Shown here piece by piece: positions 52,621-64,000 of a DNA stretch of 64,000 nt. Position numbers and translations under genes: made by a program. The stretch comes from Cyanophora paradoxa CCMP329. Lineage: Eukaryota; Plantae; Glaucophyta. The stretch spans positions 282,819 through 346,818 of the forward strand of contig QPMI01000059.1 in NCBI GenBank assembly GCA_004431415.1, in the 5' to 3' direction. The notes under the pieces were generated by a model. It was not told where the DNA came from. It made no database searches and saw only the letters and a program-made list of their open reading frames with translations. How positions within the stretch are numbered: the stretch's first letter is position 1; every line of letters begins with the position of its first letter.

Positions 52621-53774
52621 GGAGCGCGTGAAGTTCGGCTTTCTGCGCCGTCGTGATTGACGGGTGAGAGCCGAGCTCAGGAATCTTCTTCAGCAGCTCT
52701 TGCCACTCCTCCTCTGCATTAGGCACCGGCCGCGGTGCCTCAGCGGGCTTCGCGTCGGGTGCTGCAGTCGTAGGGGTGGGGCATCGGGCCGGGCCGAAAG
52801 CGAGGCTGTGACCACACTCTGGGGTGGGCCTCGGCGTCGGCGACCGGTGCGGCCTTGCGGACCGTAACGTCGCCGCGCATGGCGCGGACTGCATCGAGCA
52901 AGTCGCGCTCCGCTTTTTCGGAGAGACCGGGGAAGGTCGAGCGCAGGGTGGCGTCTCTGGGGACGGACACTGCCTCGACTGCGGCGACGAACTCGTCGAC
53001 CGAGGGCCTGTGATCGGGGCCGGCGTTGGGGACGCGCTTCGTGACGACGTGCTCATAGCATCGTCGTCGAGGCTAATGATGCTCATAGCATCAAGGTCCT
53101 GCAACGGCCGGTCGGCTGTGTCGAAGGGCAGCTCGCCAAACGTGACGACTATATCGTCGACGTCGTAGGGCGGTGCGCGGGGTGGGTCGGCGGGCTCAGC
53201 AGGCGCTGCGCTAGACAGAGCGCGCTGCTTTTCCGCCTCATCTACGACAGAACGTAGGGTGGAGATTATTTTCTCAACGTCTTTGGCGGGCTCATATGCC
53301 GCGCCAAGCATGCGTGCTTTTCTATTAAAGTGGCGGAGTCCAGTGCGGCGTTTGGCAGGCACGATTCGCAGCCGGCGAATCAAGAGGTCTGTCAATGCAC
53401 TCGCACTACAAGGCATTTGCTCAGGTTCGTACTCAAAATCACCAGGCGGTAGGCGACCGCCGAAGCGACCGCTACTACCGATCCTAGCGGCAGGGTTACC
53501 GGCTGCCGGCCAGGATTGCACAACCGCACGTGAAACATTTTGTCTCCCGGGTGATTATGCAGCTGGTAAGGGCAGAGTACGCCCAAGGCTTGCGGGGACT
53601 CCGGCGACGGCTCGACGTAGAGGTGCGGCAACTCACGCGTTGCCGGGCCCTGCCCATTGAGCGTGCATGGGACGAGGCCTCTCCGACGGGGAGCTTTACT
53701 GGTCCCAGGACTCGGACCAGGATCCCAAGCTGGTCCGGAGCCGAAAAGGGACGACGACTTCGCGGTGCAGGTGG

Positions 53775-54170
53775 TCACGGGCCGGAGGCACACCCGGACA
53801 GCGTCGTGTCGATCTGGTCGTGGACGGCCTGGATCGCGTCCAGGCCGAGCAGAATGTCCGGCTCAACGCCCATGGCGCCGCGCGGGACGACGAAGACGCG
53901 GCGGCAGAAGCGGAGCGAGCCCAGAACGAAGACTACGTCGGCGCGGCGACAACGAATTTTGTCCCGGTCCATGAAACCGCGGACTATCGTGTGGCCTCGA
54001 CGTAATTGACTTCGTCGGGCGGCAGGCGGTCGAGGACTTCCTGGGAACTACAGTTCCCTGGGCGCCCGTGTCGACAACAATGCGAGCGGGCCGTTCAGCG
54101 CCGGAGCGGCCGTTCGGCAGGCGCATAGCAATGCTGCCGTGAATGTGCAGTGTCTTTGGCCGGAAGAATT
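53775..54170 (-). pseudogene. Retrotransposon aspartic protease (frameshifted)
   Basis: IVVDTGAQGTVV (DTG at 54064-54072) and downstream DILLGLD motif. Confidence 0.85.
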
Positions 54171-57100
54171 CCAGGCCCGGTCGCGCGGAAGCTAGGTCGG
54201 GCGCGGCGGACGTGGAATTCTGTTCCGGCGGCGCGGTGGACCCGACAGGTCCGTTGCGCTTGCGGTTGGGGATGGGGGCCGGGACTGGCGAGCCGCGGCT
54301 CGCTCGGCGACTCGGCGCTGCTCTGCCTGGTCGGCCAACGGCGAGGCTTGGTCCGCTTGCGCGGCCCGGGCCGTGGCGGTTGGCGTAGAGCAACTCGTCG
54401 CTGGGCGGGTCATAGCCGGCGCGCGTTCCCAGCGGCGTCTCCTCTGCCGGGCGGGGCACGGCGAGGGACGGGCGGTTTTTGGAGCCCAGGGCGTGGCCCG
54501 CGGGCATGAGAGCTTCCTCGTCGGAGGTCAGGCCTCGGGGTAAATGATCGCGGCGGCCTCGAGCGCGTTCTGCGGGGCGAACGCCGCTGTCGGCGCTGAA
54601 CCGAGAACCACGCGCGAGTCGGCCGTGGCGGGGCCTTGTAGCCCGTTTTGCGCATCGAGATGCCGTAGCGGTCCATGATCGCCTGATGCACCGCGCGTAA
54701 GGCGGCTCCAGGGTCTTTGGATCGACCTGCAGCATTTGCGCGGGTTCGACAGCCAGTGAAGACCAGCACGGTCGAGCGCGGCCCGAGCTTGTGCAGCAGG
54801 CGGCGGGCCCAGGCCGGCGCAGGCTCGCGGCTCTTTGGTGGGCGGGGCGGGCGGCGCGGCTGGCGCCGGCGGCGCGACTGTTTGAGCGGGCGGCTCGTGG
54901 ACGACCGTCTGGACGCGGCGGATCGAGATGTACTTCTCGTCCGCCGGCACCGGCACAGCGGCCCGGACCGACGCCGGCGTATGCAAGTGGGCGGGAAGGT
55001 CACAGGGCGCGCGGGCCTCGTGCCCGCGGGGTGACGACGCTTCTGCGACGGTGTATACCGCGAAGAAGGGCTTTGGGTTGGCTTTTGCCGCGGCCTGCAT
55101 TGCCACGCGAGCCTCGTGCTGGCGCTCGCGCTCAAGCAAGGCTCGCCAGTCTTTGGTGCGATCGAGCGTGGCCGCAGAGCCTCGAGATCGGCACGGGGCC
55201 CGTCTGGGAGGAGCGAGATCATCATGCCCGTCTCCCCAGCGGAGAGGCTGATCTGCATATCGATGCCGGCCCGGAGGCGCGGCAGACGTCTTCCAGGCCG
55301 CCGAGCGGCCTGCTTTGCCTGGCGAAGGCTTCGTCTGAGACTTCTGAGCGCCGCCGGCTTGGCGCGCGTCTCGGCGTGGCTAGCGGCGGTGCGGATCTGG
55401 CGCTCGACTGTTTGAAGCCAAAGCCCCAATTCCGTGACCCTTGGCCCCGGATCTTCACGTCGCGGCAGCTCGAGCACTCGCGCACAAACTGCAGGAGGCC
55501 CCCTGCTGGGACGTCAGCCTGGGGGTTGAAAGTCGTGGCGGCGGAGGCGCGCGGCGCGGCACTGAGGCGCGCGGCTGCTCCGGCGTCGACTGTCTGCGCG
55601 CGGCGGCTCGGCCTGGCTCGCACGCGATGACCGCTCCTGGCCTGAGAGATGGAGGCGCGACCCTCCGCAGGCTTGGACGGCGCCGCCGACTGCGGACGGC
55701 CTCGCTCTGCCCCTCAGGCCCTCTAGAAAGGGCTGCTGGCGCTCGTTGCGTCCGCCCGTCGGCGGCTGCCCACCCGATGGTGGCGCGGCGGCGCGGGCGA
55801 GGACGACGCGGACTGAGCGTCCATCTGGTTCTGGAGCTTGATCAGGACCAGCGCGGTGGCCTGCTCAGCTCGCGCGGACGCCGAGAGCGAGTCTGGCATC
55901 TCAGCGTACTGCGCCTTCCAGACCATGTCGAAGAGCTCGCGCAATGTGGGCGGGCAGCCTCGCAGGCGGCGTCGTTCTCGTGCCGCTGTACGCAGCGTCT
56001 ACGGCGCAGCGCGGCGGGTCCGGCGGGCGGCGAGAGGATGGCTGCTGCGAGGGCTGCGGCGGTCTCGCGGCGAGGCGCGGTCGCGCGAGCCCTTCTTCGA
56101 GCTTTTGCGCCGCTTATCGTCATGGCGGGGCTCCGCTCGGGCTCCGATCGCGCGAGCGCGAGCGGGAGCTAGAGCGGGACGGTGTTCGCTCCGGCGGCGT
56201 TCCCGCGAGCCTCGGCGAGGCTCCGCCTGTCGCGAGTGTCGCGACGTGGACCGTCGGCTCGGCGGGCTGCGGTCGCGGCGCGGCGGCGAGCGATCACGGC
56301 GGTCCGGGAGCGGGGCGGAGGCTCGCGGTCCCGGCGTCCGGCGAAGGGCGTCGGGAGCCCTCGCGATCGCGGCGTTCCAACGAACGGCGGGACGGCGCGG
56401 CGCCCGGGATTGCCGGTGGGGCTCCGGGGAGCGCTCGCGGCGCGTGGAGGGGCCCCGCGTCTCGCGCCTGTCTGGGTGCGAGAAGCGGCGACTGGACGGG
56501 GCTCGGCGCGGCTCGGGTGTGCGCGAGCGGCGCTGAGACGAGCCCGCTCAGGGTCCGGCGGGCCTGCGACGCGCGACTGGCCGTGTGTCCCTGCGGCTCG
56601 AGCTTGCCTCGGCCTGGCGGTCGAGCTGGGCGCGGCATCAAGGTCCGGGAGGGAGTCTCAGCCGGCGGGGCTTGTCTGGCGGAGCGCTCTCGGCGATCCG
56701 CTCGACTTCACTTCCCGTCCGAGACGGTTACGCGCATGTCTTGGGGTCATACCCCTGCTGCCGCGCGAGGAACGCATCAGCCCGAACGGGTCGTTCGGGT
56801 CGACAGCGGGTTGTGCGGGTTGCGCCTGGCCACCGCCGCGGTCGCCGCCACGGTCACGGTGGCCTCGGCCGTCGCGACCGCGGTGCCGGCCGCCCGCTGG
56901 TGACCCTGCCCGCGGCCGCCTCGGCCAACGGCCTGGCCCGCGTTGCGCCGGGGCGCGCCTGCTGCGGCGCCGTCGGCGGCGGCGGTCTGCGCAGCGGCCT
57001 GCGCCGGCGCGGGCGCCGACGGGGGTGGCGGATGGCGCGCCTCGGCGGGGTCGTCGCGAGCCGCCGACGATGGTTGAGGGCGGCTGGAACCGCACGCCGC

Positions 57101-60100
57101 CCACGTCGCGCGGACCGCTCCTTCGTAGATCGGCTGGTACGGCGTGCGAACCAGAAGGCTTTCGGCCTCCTTATCGACAGCCGCCGTCGCAGTCAGGCTG
57201 CGCCGGCCGAGGGCGCGGCGCCCTTGTTCTGGACCGCGTCCCACATCAGCGCCGGGCGCAGAGCCTCAACGTCCCAGTCGGGGAGCACGGGGTCGTCCGT
57301 CTCCAGTCGATCGGGCGCGCGAGGCGGATCGCGACATTCAGATCGGCGTAGAGCGAACGGAGCATCGTCTCGAACTGACGCCGCAGGGGTATAGCCTCAT
57401 CGGTAAAGATGAGCCCCAGCGGGAAGTTCCCGGGACAGTTCTCCAGCTCCTCGGCGGCGCGGGCGGCCTCAAGGTGGCGCTGTATCCCACTCTTGCCCCG
57501 GCGCCAAGGTCATCGCCGGCGGGCCACGCGTCCTCGGCGCCGGCCATCGGGGGCGAGCCGAGCTCAAGACGCTGGTACCCGAGACCGTGCGGCATGTTTG
57601 TGAGGTACGCGCGGATGCCGTCCGCCAGCGCGCGGGCATCCGAGTCGGCGCACTCATCCTCGTCATAGTGCGCAAGAGGGCCCTGAAGACCTCGGCCACG
57701 TTCTGGGCATGGCGGCGTTCAGGGCGCACAGTTGTCCACCCGCTGCGCGAGCAGCGGGATGCGGGGATACTGGAAGCCCTGCAGCATCGCGAGCAGGATC
57801 CGCCACAGATTACGCCGCACGACCCTCGTGGTCCGGCACGACCGCATTGTTCGGGCCAAACTTCCACGCAAGCGTGGGATGACCGTCCGGGTACGTCGGC
57901 CTCGCGTCCGCGTCGAAGACCTTCTTGCCTGAGGCAAGACGTCGGACCGCGGTCCGGCTTGGCGTCGCTTAGTCAGAAGGCCTCGTGAATGAACACCATC
58001 AGACCGTCCGGCACCACGCAGCGGAACGAGTTCAACACCTTGTTGAAGTATCCATGTGATCGGCGACCGCCCGAGCGATCTCGGGGACGTAGTCAGCCGG
58101 GCGTTCCGACTCGACGTCCATGGCCGCAGCCGACAGAAAGTCATCAGCCAGTGCTGGCTGCGGAGGTGCTGCCGGCGCGTGACGCTGAAGAAGCGCGCGT
58201 GCCAGCCAGCGTAAAACGATGGCCGTCGCGAGGATTTCTCTTCCGCCGGGATCGGCGCCCAAGGCACGTCCCGGAGGTGAGTTCGGGAAAGGCGGCAGCT
58301 CGTAACCGACGCGGTGACGAGCCGCGGGTTCGCGTGGCTCTTCTTGGGCTGGCTCGCAAGCTGGGCGACCGTCACTGCGAGCCACAGCTTCTTGTTCTCG
58401 CGCTGGTGCGGCGCGCCCCCTGCGACGTCCTTGTCGCAGCAGCGTTCGGCGCGGGCGTGCCGTGCCTGCCACGAGGCGGGCGCGTAGATGCGCCGCGTCT
58501 GCAGGCGACCTCAACGTTCTCGACGCGCTTGTCGGCGACGGCGCAGCAGGGCCAGCACGGCGACGTCGCGCGCGAAGCGGGTCGCGAACGGCGTCCTGGC
58601 GTCCTCCTCGTTCGGTGTCGGCGATGTTACCGCCAAGACTGAGGTGTGCAGGGTGGGGCGCTCGGGGTGCGGCATGTACGGCGGCGGGGCGTTCGCGCGC
58701 CGCCGCCTTCGTGGAAGAAGGCGGTATACAGCACCCGCGAGACCTGGCCCAGGGTCGAACACACGGGTGCGTGGGCTGTGCCCTCGTGCGTGAGATCCAG
58801 GCCCGTGTACGTCGGGACGGCAGACTGTCGGTACGGGTCCGACCGGAGGTACTGCACGATATCCAAGCTACGCCGCAGGCGGCGTGCGGGAATGCAAGCC
58901 CCTGCAGGTCGAAGAGCTCCGGATCCTCGCGAACGGCCGCTGAGGCGGGCCTACGAGCGAGAACCAGTTCACTATGCCGCGCGCGGCGGGGCGACGCGCT
59001 TGAGCATAGTTGAGCACAGCTCGCCCATGTGCTGGTCCTGCAGCGTGAGCACGTCGACGTTGTACTCGTCAACGTCGCCGGCGTGCTGCCAGCGCAAGGG
59101 TAGCTGATCGCGGCAGCGTTGCCCATTCAGTGAACCCTGGCTCATAGCATTCCAGGGCCGGAAAAACGCGTGTTTCCGGTCCATGTACTCGCGCAAGAGC
59201 TTGTGATCGTTGGCGTACGTCGGGTCCGCCAACGAGACAGCGCCGCGGCTGCCAGTCTTGTGCGGCTCGAACGGCCTGTGCGCCGCCGCAGGGATGGCAG
59301 CCGGCGCCTCTTCCTTCTCGCCCTCTTCCTCTTCGCTCTCGACATGGTCAATGTCGAGCGGCTCGAGGCGGGGCTCAGCTCATCGGCGATGTAGGTGCCC
59401 ACAAGCGCATCGTCGAACGTGAACGACTGCCGTGCAGCGTGACGCTCGAGGCATGCAAGACCTTCTCCTGGAAGGCCGCGCGCTGGGCGTCAGGGCCAAG
59501 CCCTGTGCGGGTCGCTCTCGCGGCTTCCTCCTGCGCGCGCGTCCCTAGCTGCAGGTGGCGGCGCAGCCAGCGAACCCGTACGGAACTCCAGGCCGGCGCG
59601 TTCCGCGGAGGGGAACGGTGGTCCCAACCGCCTCGCGCGGAACATGGTGTGAGCACGCAAGAGGTACTGGGCCCACTGCGGCGGATGACGGCCGCGCTCG
59701 GGTTGAAGCGGCCCCGTGCGTCCACCGCGGCAGGCGCGTGGCAGGGATCGTCCAACGCAGAGTCAGGAAGTGTCCAACTGCTGCTCCGTCCACCATGCAG
59801 GTGGAACGGGAGATCGTGGAGTGGGCGTGACGGGGCCACGGGCCCAGCGCGATCATGAAGAGCTCGAACGCGGCCGCGTTGAGCGCGCGAGGCGAACGGT
59901 GCGATCGGCTCTGAGCGCGACGCGCCTCCGGCGGCTCCTCGTGCGGCACGGGCGGCCCATCCAGGCGGTTCTGGATTGGCGTGCTCCTCTCGCTGGCGAG
60001 AACGCCTTGAGGTGCGGACCCGCAGGTCCTCGAACGTGCCCTTCAGTGCGTCGAAGGGATGCTCCAGCGGTGGCGAGATCAGACGGGCCGTCATGGGCCA

Positions 60101-62689
60101 CTCGGTGATCTGTTTCCCTCACAGAGCCGAGGCGGGCACCCCGGCACTGCGAGGACGCCGCTCATCACGCCCATAGCCTCGTACAGGGCCGCTGGCTCAG
60201 GTTCTCATCGATAGCCGACGGCGGCGGCGGCGGCGGCGCTTCCTCGGGCGCCTCATCGCCGTCGCCCCGCTCGCCCATCTCGGCGTCTTCCCCTCAGCCT
60301 GCCCACGGCGGGCGCTGCGGGTTCGTGGCCCTGCGAGCCGCGCCCACGGGTGCTGACGCGCCGACCCCGTCCCCGCGGCCACGCTCGCCGCGACGGGCGG
60401 CCTGCCGGGGAGCCGCGCGGTCGCTGCGCGCAGACGTCGAGTAGCGGCTCGCTCAGGCGAGGCTCGACAGGCGCGGCTCAGTGGCGGGCGGCGTCGGAGC
60501 GGCGGTGGCCGCGGCGCCATCGGGCTCGCAAGCGGCGGCCATGTTGCCGCGGCGTGCAAGGTCACGAGCTTCGCCGTCGTGCAGGCGGCGGGACAGGAAC
60601 GGCGCCGCCGCGCCGGCGCTGGCGGGTCCCTCGGCGAGAGCCTTCACAGGCGGGCGCGGCGGCAGGCAGGCCTTAGCCTCCTTGATCGTCGCGCTGACGG
60701 CCTTCGCCGTGTAGGCGCCCGTCGTGTCCGACGCCGGCTCGGCGTGGTGGGCAGGTCGTGAGAGGAGTGGGGGTGCGGCTGCCGCATCCGTGCGCCACTT
60801 CTCACGAGCGCGATCATGTCCTTGACAGCCTCGTCATTGAAACCGGCCCGCTTCTTCAGCAGCCTACGGAATAGAATGACGAGGTGGGCCCGGTCGCCCG
60901 CCTTGGCCCCCTCGATGTACGGAGCAGCTCCGCGGCCCCGGCGGATCCGGAACCGTGCGGCCCAGGCTGCATCGCACAGGGCGGTGAGCGGCGGGCGCGG
61001 CCGAGCTGGCTCAGCACGTAGAGCTCCTCAGCGACGATCTGGCAGCTGCCCGCCTCGCGTCGTGCCGTGCAGGGGGCAACTGCGTGGTGCGCGTGATCGG
61101 GCGCACGCGGCGACCCTCCACGTGCCAGGCTCTGCCCCGTGCAGGCGCGGCCAGTGCAGCCAGGTGTCGCACAAGTGCAGGTCTCGGAGGTGCAGAACGC
61201 GGCGGCGGCGACGCGGGCTCCACCGGAACGCGTTCAACCGTGCGGGACTCGCCCTCGCTCACGACCGGGAAGGCGGGGCACGGCCGTGCGGTACGCAGTC
61301 AGACGCTCCGCGAGCGCTGCCCGCAGCCAGTCCCTCGGCGTCCCGATCCGAGCGGAGACGTGCCCGCCCCGGGATCGGAACCTCAACGGAGGCAGCCAGG
61401 ACGGCAAGCGAGTGAACGGCTTCCGTGAACTCCGAGTCCGAGGGGACAAGAGGGTTCCCGTGCCCGGGCAAACGGCGCTCTTGTGGGCGTCGTGGGGACC
61501 GGCGCGGCCGCCGATGCAAGCCACGGTCTTCCACTGGATCGCGTGCTCGAGGGCCAGCAGGGCGAAGCCATAGCGTCGACCCGCGCGTCCACCATGAGCG
61601 GCTCGGCGAACTTAAAGAAGCGGCCGAGGATCTCTCGACGGCGCCGGCGGTGCCCGGGGCACCGTAGTCGACGCGGTGCAGGAAATAGCCCGCAACAGTC
61701 GGGCGCACGCAGGCGGAGGCGGTCCTGTGCCGGCAACAGCTCGCTCAGCTCGATTAGCTGCGGCGGCCCGACACGTCATCTCGTGCGGCTCGAGAGAGGC
61801 CGCCACGGGCGAGTGTGGCCAATGCTCCAGTGGCGGCGGTATGGCTCAGCCACGCCGGTAGCGACGCACTCGTCCCCAAGCTTCGTAAGCTTGTGGGCGT
61901 CGGGCTCGACTGCGGGGCGACCCTCGGGCGTGAGGCCCTCGGCGTGCGGCCACGCGTGGCCCCGGCCCACTTCGCGGCGACGCGAGAGGCCTGGTGCGTG
62001 AGGCTCATGATTTCATAATAGTGCGTCGGCCAGGCGTGAGCCAGCGTGTCCTGGGACAGCGGGTCATGCCCCAGCATCTGCAGGAACGCAGTGGGGAGGG
62101 TCCGCGAGCCGAGGTACGTGCTCTCGGTGGCGAGCGGCTGAGAGAACGCCGCAAGCAAGAAGGAGAGCGTCTGGCGGGTGCGGGCCGGGCAGCGGAACGC
62201 AGTGGCATACCACTGCTCGTCCCGGACCTCGATCAGCCCCTCGCTCACAGTGCAGCCGCAGTGAGTCTCGCACGGCGCTGGGTACAGGAACGCCGCGCGG
62301 TCGAGCGGGACCGACGCGGCGCCCTTCAGCTTGTGCGCGTCCACGTTCCAGAGAGGAACGGGCCCCAGCTCGTGCTCGCGGCCCTTCACCGGCTCTAACT
62401 CAACGGCTCCGAAGTGAGTGAGGTCTAGGCCGGGGCTAGCGCTGAGGAGGCGAGCGCGGTTGAGGCGCAGGGTCTCCTTAGACGCTACGGTCGCGTCCTC
62501 GTCGGCGAGGGAGGCGCCGTCGTCGTCACCTCGAGGCTCGCTACCGTCTCGGCCCCCGAGGAGTACCCCAGGCAGCAGCCCACGCCGGCGGCGGGGTCCG
62601 CCGGAGCCTCGGCGGCGGCGGTCTCGGGACCGACTTGGTGGGAGCGAGCTCCGTCGCGGGCTCGGGACCCTTCGCTTCTGCGTCACGCC

Positions 62690-62900
62690 GCCTCGACCTC
62701 CGTTGGGTCCGGGGCGGCCGCCAAGAGGAGTGCGACCTCCTCAAGGGCGGCGTCCACGATGCCGGCGGCGAGCTCGGCGGGGAAAGAAGTCGGCACGGGC
62801 GTCGGCGCGGACCTTCGCTGCTGCGTCAGCGCCCTCGACCTCCGTTGGGTCCGGGGCGGCCGCCAAGAGGAGTGCGATTTCCTCGAGGGCGGCGTCCACT
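62690..62900. repeat. Internal ~70-bp direct repeat encoding VDAALEE(I/V)ALLLAAAPDPTEVE twice
   Basis: cctcgacctccgttgggtccggggcggccgccaagaggagtgcga...agggcggcgtccac at ~62691-62758 and ~62833-62899. Confidence 0.85.
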
Positions 62901-63472
62901 GCGTCGAACGCGACCTTCTTCTCCCCCTCGTCCAGGCCCGACTCCGGGCGGGTCGGCAACAGGTCCTGCGCCTCGCAGGGGCCGGCCTCTCGGCTCCCGT
63001 GGGGCACAGGTCTGGGCGGCTTTCCCCGGACAGCTGCACTACTGCGATCGCGAAAGCGGTGGCGGCTGCGGCGACCGCGTTGAGAGCGGGGCCGTCCCGG
63101 GGGTCCTGCAGCGCGGCGGCGTGCGCCGCGGCCGCTGCGGTGAAGGCTCGGAAGGTATCGTCGACCAACGCCTCGTCGCTGCGCACGATGCGCACACGGT
63201 ACACGTGCTTTTCCTTGCAAGCTCGGCGGGCGCCGGGGCCGCCGTGGGCCCCGACCCGTGGCCGCCGGTCGGCGCGGGAAGCAGTGCAGTCGCGGACGGG
63301 CGGCGGCGCCGCTTCGGGCAGCCTGCTCGAGCATGGCGCGCGCGATCGTGAAGGCGTTGGGGTCAGCCCAGGGCGCCGGCGTCGCGGGCGGCACGGGCGG
63401 GGCTGCAGCGGCGGCGGCGTGTTCTGCAAGCGCGCGGCGGACCGCGGCCTCGAGCGTCTGCGCCTGGGCCGG

Positions 63473-63514
63473 GCAGGACGCGGCCAGGTGGCCGGTTTTG
63501 CCGCAGTTGTAGCA
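63473..63514 (-). other. Gag-type CCHC zinc knuckle
   Basis: CYNCGKTGHLAASC = C-x2-C-x4-H-x4-C. Confidence 0.85.
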
Positions 63515-64000
63515 CGCCCGGGCCCTGCAGCTTGCTGGGGCGGGGGGCTCGAGCGGCCGTTCCCACCCTGCGGCGGGGGTAGAACCGGCGCTTCGGGTCA
63601 CGGTGCCTGCGCCCGTTGGCCCGCGGCGCTTGGCCGGGTTGATTGCCGACCACTCGGGCAGAGGCCGGGTTGGTCCGGCATCAAACGAGTAGTGCGACTC
63701 GCCGCAGTGGCACGCCGGGGCTTCTCGGGAGACCCCGGCCTTCAGGAAGTCTTTGATCTTCTGCTGATAGACCGGGTCGTCAAGGCGGGCGGCGGTGCGG
63801 ACGCCGACGGGTAGAGCGCGCGGACTACGACGAGGGGCTCGTCCCGAGCAATGAGCTGCAGGAACGAGATGACCTCGGCGTTCTGATCCTCGGCGTCGTC
63901 CGCGTCCCACCCGTACGCGTTTGCCTCAAGCTCTGCGATCTCGGCTTCCGACACCGTCGTCGCGAGCATGATGCGCGTGCCCGCGCCGGCGCCCGCGTCG

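Larger units (their letters stand above)
47331..64000 (-). mobile_element. Giant Ty3/gypsy (Metaviridae-like) LTR retrotransposon, 5' end beyond the window
   Basis: PR-RT-RH-IN domain order on the minus strand, PPT plus 3' LTR at 47.3-47.6 kb, and intronless minus-strand coding-like sequence continuing to 64000 with a CCHC knuckle. No second LTR copy was seen in the window. The pol part is high-confidence; including 54.4-64 kb is an inference. Confidence 0.75.
54400..64000 (-). pseudogene. Very long frameshifted gag-like/unknown polyprotein region upstream of pol
   Basis: Chain of overlapping minus-strand frames with protein-like composition and GC3 bias (e.g. MRELFDMVWKAQY, RRNLWRILLAMLQGFQYP, NDHKLLREYMDRKHAFFRPW, HAWPTHYYEIMSL, DDPVYQQKIKDFLK); no introns and no AT-rich spacer. 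Confidence 0.6.

Noticed and set aside
57500-58130. Viral RdRp motifs (DVES..N, SGWTT, AGDD) inside the retroelement
   Set aside because: The motifs fall in different frames. SGWTT is in the frame with poor GC3, while the GC3-consistent frame reads LLAQRVDNCA, and GDD lies in a linker-like context. Not supported without a profile (palmprint) hit.
55441-63814. Long plus-strand ORFs antisense to the retroelement (up to 389 aa)
   Set aside because: Arg/Ala/Gly/Pro-rich shadows expected from stop-codon scarcity in GC-rich DNA; the codon pattern favours the minus strand.

Overview
Eukaryotic, very GC-rich, intron-dense genomic DNA (many ~40-100 nt introns with GTGCGC/GTAC or GC donors, CTGAC branch points and GCAG acceptors). 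The style suggests a protist or alga, for example a glaucophyte, but the taxon cannot be fixed from the sequence. Most six-frame ORFs are GC artefacts, so genes were rebuilt by joining exons by eye. Positions 1-47.3 kb hold ten spliced host genes: a G/Q/R/Y/F-rich low-complexity protein built from symmetric micro-exons (-), an APC amino-acid permease (-), an OTU deubiquitinase (+), a permuted papain-like NlpC/P60 amidase (-), a TspO/MBR-related membrane protein (+), a ~12.5 kb Pmp-repeat beta-helix/Cys-rich/multi-TM receptor-like gene (+), a TPR-SEL1-MYND protein (+), a VIT-VWA protein (+), an antenna-bearing glutamate dehydrogenase (+) and a coiled-coil hypothetical (+). From 47.3 kb to the window end lies an intronless, minus-strand, frameshift-riddled Ty3/gypsy LTR retrotransposon (3' LTR, PPT, integrase, RNase H, RT, protease). 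No 5' LTR is visible, and ~9.4 kb of unexplained coding-like sequence separates the protease from a CCHC zinc knuckle, so it appears to be a giant (>16.6 kb) element with novel cargo. Other notable signals are introns filled with decayed 'echo' copies of their own splice junctions, domains of extreme GTAC enrichment, and frequent GC-AG introns. All family assignments come from recognised motifs, not database searches.
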